This document shows positions 31,301 to 39,723 of a stretch of DNA of 64,000 nt, in pieces. Position 1 is the stretch's first letter, and each line of letters begins with the position of its first letter. The stretch spans positions 3,584,001 to 3,648,000 of the forward strand of contig OZ252299.1 of the NCBI GenBank assembly GCA_965250285.1. Direction: 5' to 3'. The notes under the pieces are model-generated. The model did not search any database, was not told where the DNA came from, and saw nothing but the letters and a program-made list of their open reading frames with translations. The translations under genes and the position numbers were made by a program. The stretch is from Myxococcota bacterium. GTDB lineage: Bacteria; Myxococcota_A; UBA9160; UBA4427.

Positions 31301-31520
31301 CTTCGTCACTGATGCTGAGCGAGCCGTCGACGAGCAGCGCCACCTCTCGCACGACCGCAGACCCCGCCGGCAGGGGCTCACAGTTCGGCGGGGTCTGGGC
31401 CGCTGCACCCGAGAGCAGCGCCATCGACCAGGCGCACTGCACGGCCGCCAGCCAGAGCGCCAGGCGAAGGCCGCGAACCCGGGGCTGCGGTCTGCGCGCG
31501 CGGCGCCCTCCCCTGCTCAT
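25377..31520 (-). CDS. Giant secreted multidomain protein: VWA + metzincin zinc protease + Ig/carboxypeptidase-regulatory-like repeats + TSP3 repeat
   Basis: Signal peptide; LLVDGSLSI (MIDAS) and LLTDG; HELLHNFGMQH at 29826-29858; repeated G.VRD..TG.P...V beta-sandwich units; DADGD..DVCP..DHDGDGVGDAC. Start set at the ATGA overlap with the upstream PEP-CTERM gene. Confidence 0.85.
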   Translation of the reverse strand: MSRGGRRARRPQPRVRGLRLALWLAAVQCAWSMALLSGAAAQTPPNCEPLPAGSAVVREVALLVDGSLSISDEDWVLERNALTALLDDEGLVSRDGGLALAVLQYSSFGGEPLVRVEQCLTQISSEEDVDAIKAVIAGMRQIRNQTSGGAAILEGAAHLAAFGVGDAAEQRLCLLTDGSSNRGPSVFDASQFVRFEADQTVERLSVAAFADSQFDEIAAIEAFDSAVYGDGQLVFATNTPEILVLAGENCLADPVALRALEVNQSVQTWDDEVPLIAGKATIVRAFLQPGGPVACSVDADATATATGRLEVFREGVRMGAPLLPTGSLRGRFDCRPGEARDFAESSLNFRIPPDWLAVPEGQVSTDVTFYLEMPNGVDCGDGLVSERCEKTLTFEKIDFPSVVWVGLPARPVDVGATPPTLLPVVELEDPDIEEQIRRAQAMLPVGEIDASIESYAPKGAAFAVPTEPGGGVALPLERLDSAVLTELLLYYLRTQCESDSSPTCTQTRIHGLAAGGAGIEGKAAGFDFGLPVSVSSVGKAKAPNAAGYHRNTASHELLHNFGMQHPGEASLFGTQIRDGAEYVNGACGSLSVPGTAFPDFALFSDRVGELGAGDNGERPTLGPLLFSALRDSDVEGWGVDTHIADWDAFQALAIANPNGDWPVMSYCKVDPPVDGANESRNQQWISLDTYQATIDFLRGRDFTQVFPFPALEQQKKVLLKGAVRPNDPTTNAVLEPVYVMESASFEDRPGDYTAELVGADGSTLASRSFTLIEIDPSVADAARPDPDGPPVLEPDAVPFLVALPEPSDDVAEVVIRRGGDELLRVAASANAPTVAAVAPAAASTQSSDEVVFTWVADDADGDALFHALDYSHDDGATWVPLALDLETPRFELPRGRLRAGEEARFRVTTSDGVRSTTVTSEAFSIANNPPVALIQSPEADSRFAASQALGLDVDAFDREDGRVPPDQILWWSSRDGDLGSGPRLDVRANELSVGRHLIAARVFDADGATSSDAVEIEITRLPEPKVESPDFSMRLDPPSAAINPGESAEFTVFVTGLNGFSRDVTLSAIDLPEGWTARFSRSTVRVGATSTLVVTAPPSAPEEPVPVVVQGVSGDLVRVTSGTANLVFGLIPECFGRIAGVVRDAYTGAALEGVRVSTTGFDTTTDAAGLFELLDVDVRRYSVRFNQAGYYSLALGADVRCDDVANLDAAMVPIETGTMVGRVFVGVADPDDTSASRAVTPTDEPIEGATVDVGGARGETGADGAYTVVGIGLSQGTNGPVDYFARAFRDDLYWPASTSVNITREGTAMLDFALVEKCEFIVEASGTVLYPDGTPAVGAQVNWRTTSDTQRVPVGGDGSFTLPRSVLQPGTNNSQRTADLFVTPPPGRQTFRVTIENEPLADRCGENTFEPIRITLELRPLPPVDNFATVSGFVRDAETGEPVRTDVRVARERGTTLASQRTQGDGSFSLQILVGTGEDRSEVVFVEAEESGAHWGVIGETFEVLADETVEVDLSVQAVDFINVEGIVRDRETGEALPEMFVRVENDRDGRITVLSDENGFYRLERVSPGVDNTPTSFVIQGLESSIFEGDVERRYYGESFTRFAEPGQTIVQDFDRLLRCEGGAVSGVVVNAETLEPLEAATLRVSGSSQRVDTDVDGRFRLEKILPGFSNSPRQVEITASKTGFISASKTVTIFCGAEIFVEFGSPPGGFGEVVGTVTDERTGEPIEGVFVGSGWGGSATTDALGAYSLGEAPLTPEGQPRTWLVTASRDGDERSAEVEVSAAGPVRQDFSFSSEVALGFGIGDERTTLDPLTRTLTSTSRLTVTNTREQDLVGPLAATILIDRLGVAMPDVAAADAAGRPVVFVLEAGSVLAPGEAASVELVFEREAPLAFLYDVQLTEGDPTDPVPAPALAAIGVIPPEADADGDRWHDALDVCPFVPDAGQWDHDGDGVGDACETDVEPRRDAAPPIARAGWVALSGAAPAGATRVTLGDETRPVDSEGRFEIRAAVPGGGAPFDLIFGDADGEILRAPVDVEVTQRGADQP

Positions 31521-32248
31521 CGACGCCGGGCGGCGCGTGCGCCGCGACCTCGGGTCGACGCGCACAGGGCAAGCCCCACCCCGATCAACACGGCGGTGCC
31601 GGGCTCGGGGATCGGCAGCAGTTGCACGTCGTCGATCTGCACCGCGCTGTCCCCCGCGACAAAGGCCAGCTCGAACAGCTCGAACGTCGTTGCGACGTAG
31701 GGCGCCGGCGTCTCGAACTCGACTTCGACGTGGAGCCAACCCGCCCCGCGCTCGGCGGGCGAGACAGACCCGAGGCCTGCATACGGGCCCGACGCATCGG
31801 CCGTCAGCACCGAGACGGCGCCCGACGCTGTGCCCGAACCGGGAGCGACGTCGGCGCCTTCAGAAAGCAGAATCGATACGGTGAAGACGTCGGGAAACCC
31901 GAACGGGTCGGCCGGCGTGGTGGCGCCGAGGCCCGAGAGAAAGTCGAACGCCAGCACGGTGCGGGGCGCGAGCACCTCGACGACCTGCCAAGCCGCACTA
32001 CTCGACCCGATCGCATCGGTGAGCTGCAGCGTGCCGTCGACTGCCAGAACCGGCCCAGTCGATTGCCAGCCTTCGAGCCCGGTGTCGAAGCTGCCATTCG
32101 AGAGCGCCTGGCCGGGCGTGGCGATGCTGACCGCTCCGAGAATCAGAGCAGTCCAGATGACGCACATCGACGCCCTGACAGGGCGAACGAGTCGAGAAAG
32201 AGAGCGTCGCCACCGGCGGTCTTCCGGGGGCACGGCGGCCAGCTGCAT
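31517..32248 (-). CDS. PEP-CTERM sorting-domain protein (start uncertain; alternative 32167)
   Basis: Signal peptide, LSNGSFDTGLEGW, and C-terminal IPEPGTAVLIGVGLALCASTRGR. Confidence 0.85.
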   Translation of the reverse strand: MQLAAVPPEDRRWRRSLSRLVRPVRASMCVIWTALILGAVSIATPGQALSNGSFDTGLEGWQSTGPVLAVDGTLQLTDAIGSSSAAWQVVEVLAPRTVLAFDFLSGLGATTPADPFGFPDVFTVSILLSEGADVAPGSGTASGAVSVLTADASGPYAGLGSVSPAERGAGWLHVEVEFETPAPYVATTFELFELAFVAGDSAVQIDDVQLLPIPEPGTAVLIGVGLALCASTRGRGARAARRR

Positions 32249-32581
32249 CTGCTTCTTCAGCTCCTGCGGGTGCGACGCGGGGGCCACACAAACAAAGAGT
32301 GGGGGCACGAATCGCGAAGTGTTCAGAATTTTCATCTTCGTCGATCTTTTCCCTGCGGTGCAAACACCGAACGTGACCTTGCTGTGATTCGGGTCAGCGA
32401 GACATCCGAGCCCATCGCGCACACTGGGCGTCGGGGGTTCGCGACGGCCCCAGCGACTCGGCGATTCCGCGAGACAGAACCCAGGTGCGCCTGGGTTGCT
32501 TCTCGCCTGCATCGCTGCCCTCGCCCCCGCCGCGCCCCTGCGCAGGAGTTGCCGATGCCAGCTGAGCCACCAGACACACAG

Positions 32582-32611
32582 TTGACGAAATACATTTCAT
32601 GTTGTTAACTA
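32582..32611 (+). promoter_or_regulatory. Possible sigma-70 promoter of icd
   Basis: TTGACG-17 bp-TTAACT in an AT-rich patch about 50 bp upstream of icd; the -10 element is imperfect. Confidence 0.4.
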
Positions 32612-32659
32612 CGCCTATCTCGCGAGCTCGGCCCGACCGGCTCGAAGAGGAGGAACGTC

Positions 32660-34129
32660 GTGCAGAACGATCGACTCGAAGACGCGGCCACGAGCCGCAC
32701 CATCGCCGTCGCGCCGGGCGATGGCATCGGCCCCGAGATCATGGCCTCGACCCTCGCGATTCTCGAAGCGGCGGGTGTGCCGTTCGACTACGAGCTGATC
32801 GAGCTGGGCGAGAAGGCCTACCTGCGCGGCGAGAGCTCGGGCATCCCCGCGGCGTCATGGGAGTCGATTCGGCGCTGCGGCGTGCTGCTGAAGGCGCCGA
32901 TGACGACACCTCAGGGCGGCGGCTACAAGAGCGTCAACGTCACCCTGCGCAAGTCGCTCGGTCTGTTCGCGAACGTGCGCCAGTGCAAGTCGTACGATCC
33001 CTTCGTCGTCTCGAATCACCCGGGCATGAACCTGGTGATCATCCGCGAGAACGAAGAAGACCTGTATGGCGGCATCGAGCACCAGCAGACCAACGAGGTC
33101 GTGCAGTGCCTTAAGCTCGTGTCGCGCCCCGGCACCGAGAGCATCATTCGCTACGCCTTCGAGTACGCGCGGGCCTACGGCCGCAAGCACGTGACGTGCA
33201 TGACGAAGGACAACATCATGAAGCTCACCGATGGGCTCTTCCATCGGGTCTTCGACGAGATCGCGGCCGAGTACCCCGACATCGAGAGCCGCCACGAGAT
33301 CATCGACATCGGCGCCGCAAACCTGGCGGCCAACCCCACCCGCTACGACGTGATCGTGACGCTCAACCTCTACGGCGACATCCTCTCAGATATCGCCGCG
33401 CAGGTCGCGGGCTCGGTCGGGCTCGCGGGTTCGACGAACGTTGGGCGCGAGGCCGCGCTCTTCGAGGCAGTGCATGGCTCGGCGCCCGACATCGCCGGCC
33501 AGGGCATCGCCAACCCGTCGGGGCTGATCGTGGCCGCCACACAGATGCTCGTGCACCTCGGCCTGCCCGAACCCGCCGAGCAGATCAAGAACGCATGGCT
33601 GCGCACGCTCGAAGACGGCGTGCACACCGGCGACATCTTCGTCGAAGGCGTCTCGGCCGAAAAAGCGAGCACCGAGCGGTTCACCGCCGCGGTGATCGAG
33701 CGACTCGGCCAGAAGCCGCGCAGGCTCGAGCCAGTGCACTACGCGGGCGCAGGCATCGAGATGCCCGAGTGGCAGGCAGCCGAACCCAATCACCGCGAGC
33801 TCGTGGGCGTCGACGTCTTTCTGGCCTGGAACGACGCCGATCGCTCGCCCAAATCACTCGGCACCCGGCTCGAAGCGCTCGCGGGCGAGCAATTCGAGCT
33901 CTCCGTCATCACCAACCGCGGTGTGCGCGTCTACCCCGGTGGACTGCCCGAGACGCTCTGCACCGACCACTGGCGCTGCCGATTCATGGCGCAGGAGACG
34001 ATCGACTACCGCAGCGTGATCGATCTGCTGTCGGCCATCGACGAGGTCGGCCTCGAGGTGATCAAGACCGAGAACCTCTATCAGCACGAGAGCGGCGAGC
34101 CGGGGTTCTCGCAAGCGCAGGGGCAGTAG
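32660..34129 (+). CDS. icd: NADP-dependent isocitrate dehydrogenase (long form with C-terminal extra domain)
   Basis: GDGIGPEI, TTPQGGGYKSVNVTLRK, IRENEEDLYGGIE, FEAVHGSAPDIAG; C-terminal ITNRG...DHWRCRF...FSQAQGQ. Confidence 0.95.
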   Translation: MQNDRLEDAATSRTIAVAPGDGIGPEIMASTLAILEAAGVPFDYELIELGEKAYLRGESSGIPAASWESIRRCGVLLKAPMTTPQGGGYKSVNVTLRKSLGLFANVRQCKSYDPFVVSNHPGMNLVIIRENEEDLYGGIEHQQTNEVVQCLKLVSRPGTESIIRYAFEYARAYGRKHVTCMTKDNIMKLTDGLFHRVFDEIAAEYPDIESRHEIIDIGAANLAANPTRYDVIVTLNLYGDILSDIAAQVAGSVGLAGSTNVGREAALFEAVHGSAPDIAGQGIANPSGLIVAATQMLVHLGLPEPAEQIKNAWLRTLEDGVHTGDIFVEGVSAEKASTERFTAAVIERLGQKPRRLEPVHYAGAGIEMPEWQAAEPNHRELVGVDVFLAWNDADRSPKSLGTRLEALAGEQFELSVITNRGVRVYPGGLPETLCTDHWRCRFMAQETIDYRSVIDLLSAIDEVGLEVIKTENLYQHESGEPGFSQAQGQ

Positions 34130-34309
34130 AGGCGCAGCGGCGAAATCTCCCAGAGCGTGTGGGTCGCGCACCGCTGGGTCTCTCTCGAGCGAGCCGCCGA
34201 ATCGAGCGCCCCTGGCTGATGGTGCGTGCGCTCCGTCAGCCCGCGAGCGATGTTCTGCGTCGATGTCCCCGAACCCCACCGCACCCGCAATCGACGGAGT
34301 CGAGACCGA

Positions 34310-34777
34310 ATGAGCCCGACCGCGCACTCAGCGACGGCGCTCATCCCCAACCGGCGCATGCACCGCGCGACGTTCGTCGCCGCGGCGGTCTACAACGTCG
34401 TGTGGGGGCTCTACTCGGGGCTCGATCCGCAGTGGGTGTTTCGCTTCGCAGACATGCCGCCCATGCAGCACCCGGTCGTGTTCGCGACGGTGGGCATGGT
34501 GATCGGGCTCTACGGGGTCGTCTATGCCGAGGTCGCTCGCCGACCCGAGCGCGGCTTCATGCTTGCGCTCGTCGGCCTGCTCGGGAAGATCTTTGGCCCC
34601 ATTGGGCTCGCGTTCATGATCGCCACCGGCGCGTGGCCCGCGAAGACCGTGTGGGTGATCTTGACCAACGATCTGATCTGGTGGGTCCCCTTCGGTCTCT
34701 ACCTGCGCGACAGCTGGCCCGCGTATCGCGCCGATCTGCTCAGCGGGTGGCCTTTCACCCGTGAAGACGGCGTCTGA
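34310..34777 (+). CDS. Conserved membrane protein
   Basis: AAVYNVVWG, GLLGKIFGPIG and TNDLIWWVPF with multiple TM segments. Confidence 0.75.
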   Translation: MSPTAHSATALIPNRRMHRATFVAAAVYNVVWGLYSGLDPQWVFRFADMPPMQHPVVFATVGMVIGLYGVVYAEVARRPERGFMLALVGLLGKIFGPIGLAFMIATGAWPAKTVWVILTNDLIWWVPFGLYLRDSWPAYRADLLSGWPFTREDGV

Positions 34778-34822
34778 CCGCCCGGCATCGCGACCCCATC
34801 GAATCGGCGCTCGCCCCGTCCG

Positions 34823-35161
34823 CTACGGCTCTGACTTCGGCGGCCGCTCGACGTGCTGGCCCCACAGCCCCTCGTACTTCGTGACTTCGAGATCGCCGAG
34901 CACGCTGCACTGGCACGCCAGGCGAAGTCCGCGCTCGGCTCGATGCGGCGGAAAGTCGAGCCGCCACTGCTCGACCGACGTCGGCGGACTGACGGAGCCC
35001 TCGATGCGCACGGCGCAGGTACCGCACGTACCGAAGCCTCGACAGTGGATCGCGCGCGCCACCTTCGAGTAGAGCGGCACCCGCGCCCGCAGCAGCACGG
35101 TCCGCAGGTTGGCGCCCTCTAGGCACTCGATCTCGCGACCTTCGAACCGGATGATCGGCAT
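34823..35161 (-). CDS. 2Fe-2S ferredoxin
   Basis: CRGFGTCGTC...RLACQC motif. Confidence 0.9.
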   Translation of the reverse strand: MPIIRFEGREIECLEGANLRTVLLRARVPLYSKVARAIHCRGFGTCGTCAVRIEGSVSPPTSVEQWRLDFPPHRAERGLRLACQCSVLGDLEVTKYEGLWGQHVERPPKSEP

Positions 35162-35266
35162 GGCAGTCTCCTGTGCGCGCCTTCGTGCGATGCCAGGAGG
35201 GCCGGGGAGGACTCGCTCGGTCGCCTACGACTCGGTCGGGGCACACCGGGCCGCCCGAGATCCAGC

Positions 35267-36154
35267 TCACAGCCGGTCGAGGATCGGCACGGTCGGCAGG
35301 GCCTCCATCTCGCTCGGTCGGTAGCTGTCGACGGTCTCCTGAATGAAGGTGCTCGACATGAGTGAGCGGAAGAACTCAGCCCCGGGGTAGTAGTTGATCA
35401 TCACGCGATCGAAATCTGCGTCGCCTTCGAGCGCGACCGCCTCTCCCATGTGGAGCGGGCCATAGCCGCCCTCGGCCATGGCGCGCATCATCTTGCGAGG
35501 GTGGGCGCCGGTCGAGGCTGCCTGCTGTTCGGGCGTCTGATCACGCATCAGATTGACGAACACGAGCCCATCCTGTGCGCGGGCACCGAGCGAGCCGAAC
35601 AGCGCGGCGAAGCGCGCGTTCCGCGGTTCGTCGATGTCGATGCTCGTGTCGATGACGACCGGAAAGATCGACGGCTTCAGCGTCACGAGGTCGAACAGGC
35701 GCACCCCGAGCAGCATCTGCGGCAACACGAGGTTCAGCGCTGCAGGCCGCGTGATGCCTTGCGCAAACGAATGCTCGAACGGCGCGCGGACAGCGTCGAA
35801 CGATGCCAATTCATACGCTGCACGCGAATCGAACTGCGCGAGCAGCACCGCGTCCCACGCTGAAGTGTCGAGCTGGTCAGACACGATCGTGCTGCCGGCG
35901 GCGCGGCCGGCGTAGACCGGCGCGCCCTCGGCCGCCTCGATGGCGCCGACGAAGCGACGCAGCGCGGGCTCGAGCGGTTGGCCGGCAGGAAGGTCGAGCA
36001 GCCAGAGCACGTGGAACGCATCGCCGGCGTACAGAGACGGCTGCCGATCCTGCGCGTGGTGTTGCCGAAATCGCTGATAGCGGCCGTGCTGCCAGAGCAT
36101 CGCCGACCCGACGACGAGCAACACTGCGAGGGCGATCCATGTAAGCCGCTTCAT
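35267..36154 (-). CDS. Hypothetical membrane-anchored protein (tandem DUF1330-like dimeric alpha/beta barrel)
   Basis: N-terminal TM anchor and two similar units (WDAVLLAQFDSRAAY; FDRVMINYYPGAEFF). Confidence 0.6.
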   Translation of the reverse strand: MKRLTWIALAVLLVVGSAMLWQHGRYQRFRQHHAQDRQPSLYAGDAFHVLWLLDLPAGQPLEPALRRFVGAIEAAEGAPVYAGRAAGSTIVSDQLDTSAWDAVLLAQFDSRAAYELASFDAVRAPFEHSFAQGITRPAALNLVLPQMLLGVRLFDLVTLKPSIFPVVIDTSIDIDEPRNARFAALFGSLGARAQDGLVFVNLMRDQTPEQQAASTGAHPRKMMRAMAEGGYGPLHMGEAVALEGDADFDRVMINYYPGAEFFRSLMSSTFIQETVDSYRPSEMEALPTVPILDRL

Positions 36155-36508
36155 GTGCGCGGCCTCGCGGTGGTCGCCTGTGCGAAGTGGGGGCAGTGGT
36201 CATCGGGGCGTGCGGTCATCTCTTCCTCCGAGCGCTGACACGGCCAGGTCAGCCCCAAGCTGATCCGCGGAACCTCAGATACAGAACTAGAATTCTTATT
36301 CTATTTATTGCGGGATCAATGGTCAACTCGGTGCGCGCGACGGGCCGAGCCGACGGGCTGGCTTCGCCGAGGCATTCACAGGGCAAGAGGTCGCCGAGCT
36401 GGGGCGGTCGAGGGCGACCGCAACGAGACACCCGATCCGACCGAGAACAGGGACATAGATAGAGAGAAGGAAGGAGCACCGGTCGACCACCAGTAGGGCC
36501 TGACTCGA

Positions 36509-36544
36509 TTGCCATCTGTGGCGAGATGAGACATAGTTGTCTCA
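36509..36544 (+). promoter_or_regulatory. Promoter (TTGCCA-17-CATAGT) overlapped by TetR operator TGAGACA-N4-TGTCTCA
   Basis: Perfect 7-bp inverted repeat at 36527-36544 ending just before the tetR ATG at 36546. Confidence 0.7.
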
Positions 36545-36545
36545 A

Positions 36546-37100
36546 ATGGAATCACTCAGACTCAGTTCGCGCGACGCCGTTCTCACGGCCGCGCTCCAGC
36601 TCTTCGCCCAGAATCCCGGCGCCTCGCTCTCGGCCGTCGCCATGAGGGCCGGGGTCGGGCGGGCAACGCTGCACCGACACTTCGCAACCCGCGACGCGCT
36701 GATTCGGGCGCTCGCCATCGAAGCGCTGGACGCAACCGACGCCGCCGTGGCCGGCCTCGAAGCCGTCGACGATCCCACCGAGTCGCTCGCGCTCATGTTC
36801 GAGCGGCTCGTGCCGCTGGGCGACCGCTTCCAGTGCCTGGCGCACCTGCCCATCGAAGACCCTGAGATCGATCGCCGCTACGCCGCGCAGATCGACGCGC
36901 TCACCACCCTCATCGATCGCCTGCAGGCCGGCGGCGTCATCGATCCGAGCGTTCCAGTCGGCTGGGCGGTCCGCATCGCCGACTCGTTGATCTGGACGGC
37001 CTGGGGCTCGGTGGCCGAAGGCGATCTCACCGCCCGCGACGCGACGCAGCTCGCGCTTCGCACGTTTCTGGCGGGTGTCGGAGGAGAACGAGATGCATGA
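36546..37100 (+). CDS. TetR/AcrR-family regulator
   Basis: ASLSAVAMRAGVGRATLHRHFATRDAL HTH. Confidence 0.92.
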   Translation: MESLRLSSRDAVLTAALQLFAQNPGASLSAVAMRAGVGRATLHRHFATRDALIRALAIEALDATDAAVAGLEAVDDPTESLALMFERLVPLGDRFQCLAHLPIEDPEIDRRYAAQIDALTTLIDRLQAGGVIDPSVPVGWAVRIADSLIWTAWGSVAEGDLTARDATQLALRTFLAGVGGERDA

Positions 37101-38199
37101 GATGATGACCCTTCGTGCCGCCACCGCGGCCCACCCCGGGCAAGGCGTGGCGCTGCCCTTCTCGGCCTACCGTGAACCGGATGTGTTCGAGCTCGAGATG
37201 GAGCGCGTCTTCCGCGGCGATTGGGTGGCGGTCTGCTCCGCCTCGATGCTGAAGGATGCCGGCGACTACGTGGCGCTCTCGATCGGCGGCGAGCCCGTCG
37301 TGGTGCTGCGCGGACAAGACGGCGAGCTGCGCGCCCTCTCGAACGTGTGCCGCCACCGCGGCACACCGATCCTCGACGACGGGTTCGGTCACGGCGGCTC
37401 GCTCGTGTGCCCCTACCACGCGTGGAGCTACGCCGACGACGGGGCGTTTCGCGGCGCACCCCACACCGGCAACGTCGAGATCGACGCGAAGCGACACGCC
37501 CTCCCCCGCTTCGCGCTCGAGATCTGGTGCGGCGTGGTGTTCGTGAACGTCGACGGCCAGGCCGAGCCCCTCTCGACGCGCCTCGCCGACCTGAGCGACG
37601 CCCTCGCGCCGTTCGAGATGGGCCGATACGACACGGCGCTCGGCGCCTTCGACGCCAAATCATGGAATGCGAACTGGAAGCTCGTCTACGAGAACGGCGT
37701 CGAGTCGTACCACCTCTTCAAGGTGCACAAGAAGACGCTCGAGCCGGTCACCGCGACCCGCCATGCGTACTACGCGCTCGGTGATGCGCGTGGATCCATC
37801 ACCGGCGGGCCGCTCGAAGGCACGCGCGATCACCAGTTCGTCGTCGCCCTGCCCCCGTCGTTCATCGCCACGTTGACCCGCGAGTTCTTCGGATGGATCG
37901 CGATTCATCCCGTCGCGCCCGATCGCACACACGTCGTGACGGGCGCGCTGGCACCCCGCGACGTATCGGCCTGGATCGGTGCCAGCGCCGACACGAACGA
38001 CACGCTGACCGATGCGTTCCTCGAAGAGGATCGCGTGATCTGCGAGCGCAGCCAGAAGGGCATGGCCGCCCGTCACAGCCAGGGCGGTCAGCTGGTCGAG
38101 CTCGAGCGGATCGTCGGCGACTTCCACCAGTTTCTGGGTGCACGGCTCTTCGGTCAGGTGCCCGAGCCGATCCACCGCGCACGATCGGTGACGGCATGA
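37093..38199 (+). CDS. Rieske non-heme iron oxygenase alpha subunit
   Basis: NVCRHRG and CPYHAWSY Rieske ligands; NWKLVYENGVESYHLFKVH mononuclear Fe site; EEDRVICE. Confidence 0.92.
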   Translation: MHEMMTLRAATAAHPGQGVALPFSAYREPDVFELEMERVFRGDWVAVCSASMLKDAGDYVALSIGGEPVVVLRGQDGELRALSNVCRHRGTPILDDGFGHGGSLVCPYHAWSYADDGAFRGAPHTGNVEIDAKRHALPRFALEIWCGVVFVNVDGQAEPLSTRLADLSDALAPFEMGRYDTALGAFDAKSWNANWKLVYENGVESYHLFKVHKKTLEPVTATRHAYYALGDARGSITGGPLEGTRDHQFVVALPPSFIATLTREFFGWIAIHPVAPDRTHVVTGALAPRDVSAWIGASADTNDTLTDAFLEEDRVICERSQKGMAARHSQGGQLVELERIVGDFHQFLGARLFGQVPEPIHRARSVTA

Positions 38200-38702
38200 A
38201 CCGGCTGCGCAGCTGGGCGGCCGCACTCTTCGTCGCGTGGGTCACGCTCGCCAGCGCCTCTGCACAGGCGCCGGCCCCGGCTGCCGCCTTCGATGCCGAG
38301 GCGCAGCACCGCCGCTACGCCGAGGCATGGGCCTCGGCCGACGGCCTCTTCGACCTCGAAGCGCTCGGCGCACTCTACGCATCGGATCCGGGCGCCGTGT
38401 TCTTCGACGAGTACATGCGAACGCCTCAAGACTGGAGCTTCTCGCGGCTGTTCGCGCGCGGCCGTCAGCCCGTGGCACAGGGCGTGGCATCCCTGCGGCT
38501 GGCCCCTTCGACCCCAGCACGGGTCGTGGCGATGAGCGAGGGCCGCGTCGTGACCGTCGGCGCCTACCGTCTCGATGCCCGCTTCGAGGGCATGGCGCCA
38601 ATGTCGGGCACGCTCCGCCACACAGCAGTCTGGGAGCGCCGGGGCGACGATTGGGTGCTCATTCACGAGCACCGATCGATCCCGCTCGAGGATCTGTATT
38701 GA
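38196..38702 (+). CDS. Secreted NTF2/SnoaL-like (DUF4440) protein
   Basis: Signal peptide; C-terminal TAVWERRGDDWVLIHEHRS. Confidence 0.75.
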   Translation: MNRLRSWAAALFVAWVTLASASAQAPAPAAAFDAEAQHRRYAEAWASADGLFDLEALGALYASDPGAVFFDEYMRTPQDWSFSRLFARGRQPVAQGVASLRLAPSTPARVVAMSEGRVVTVGAYRLDARFEGMAPMSGTLRHTAVWERRGDDWVLIHEHRSIPLEDLY

Positions 38703-38998
38703 GCACATCGACCGCCGCACGCGAAGCCCCCACTTCGAAGCCGCGTACCCTCGTCGCCCTGTCGGCGCTCTGGCTCTCGACCCTGCTCGGCTGGAGCTGG
38801 CCGTGGGGCGTGCTCTTTCTCTGGATGACCGTCGAGTCGCTTCGCAGAGGTGAAACGAGCCTCGTCGAGTCGATCACCCGCGCCGAGAATCCGGTTGTCT
38901 TCTCACTGACGGTGGCCACCTGGTTCTCGCTCAGCGTGGCGATGATCGTCTGGGATGTCGTGCTCGTCTTCGCACCCGGCTGGCTCACAGGCAGCTAG
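38699..38998 (+). CDS. Small membrane protein
   Basis: TTG start overlapping the upstream stop; WPWGVLFLW...LVESITRAENPVVF with hydrophobic helices. Confidence 0.6.
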   Translation: MSTSTAAREAPTSKPRTLVALSALWLSTLLGWSWPWGVLFLWMTVESLRRGETSLVESITRAENPVVFSLTVATWFSLSVAMIVWDVVLVFAPGWLTGS

Positions 38999-39082
38999 CC
39001 CGGCGAGCCAGGGCAGTCGAGCTCGATCGACTGCGCCGACCTCGAGCGCCGCCTGCGGACGGGCACCGCCAGCCGGATCGGT

Positions 39083-39553
39083 TCAGAGACCGAGATCGGA
39101 CAGCGAGGGATGGTCGGCCGGCCGCGTAGGCGTCGTCCAAAGAAACTTGCGATCGGAAGCTTCGATCGGAAGATCGTTGATGCTGGCAATGCGTCGCATC
39201 ATGAGGCCGTTCTCGGCGAACTCCCAGTTCTCGTTGCCGTAGGACCGATACCACTGGCCCGTGTCGTCGTGGCATTCGTACGCGAAGCGCACGGCGATGC
39301 GGTTGCCGCCGAACGTCCACAGCTCTTTGACCAGTCGGTAGTCGAGCTCGCGTGCCCACTTGCGGCGCAGAAACTCAGCGATCTCGACTCGACCGGCGAT
39401 GAACTCTGCACGGTTGCGCCACGACGAATCGGAGGTGTATGCGAGCGCGACCTTGTCGGGATCCTGGCCGTTCCAGGCGTCTTCGGCCATGCGCACCTTC
39501 TGCTGTGCACTCTCGAAGTCGAAAGGGGGAAAGGGAGGTTTCGGCTGATCCAT
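39083..39553 (-). CDS. DUF1348-family (SnoaL-like) protein
   Basis: PPFPPF...[10 protein letters not shown]...[10 protein letters not shown]...[12 protein letters not shown]. Confidence 0.92.
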   Translation of the reverse strand: MDQPKPPFPPFDFESAQQKVRMAEDAWNGQDPDKVALAYTSDSSWRNRAEFIAGRVEIAEFLRRKWARELDYRLVKELWTFGGNRIAVRFAYECHDDTGQWYRSYGNENWEFAENGLMMRRIASINDLPIEASDRKFLWTTPTRPADHPSLSDLGL

Positions 39554-39723
39554 GCGCTCCATTCCTTGGGTCGGCGACGATTCTTGGACGCTCGGCCCGG
39601 ACGGGTCGTTTCGTGTGCGCCCCGCGCGACCGGACCGAAGGGCGGCGTCGGGGGCTCAGGCCGCATGCAGGGCGCCGGGGCCGCTCAGATCGCAGCGGGT
39701 GAGAAGAGATCGTCGAGCATGCC

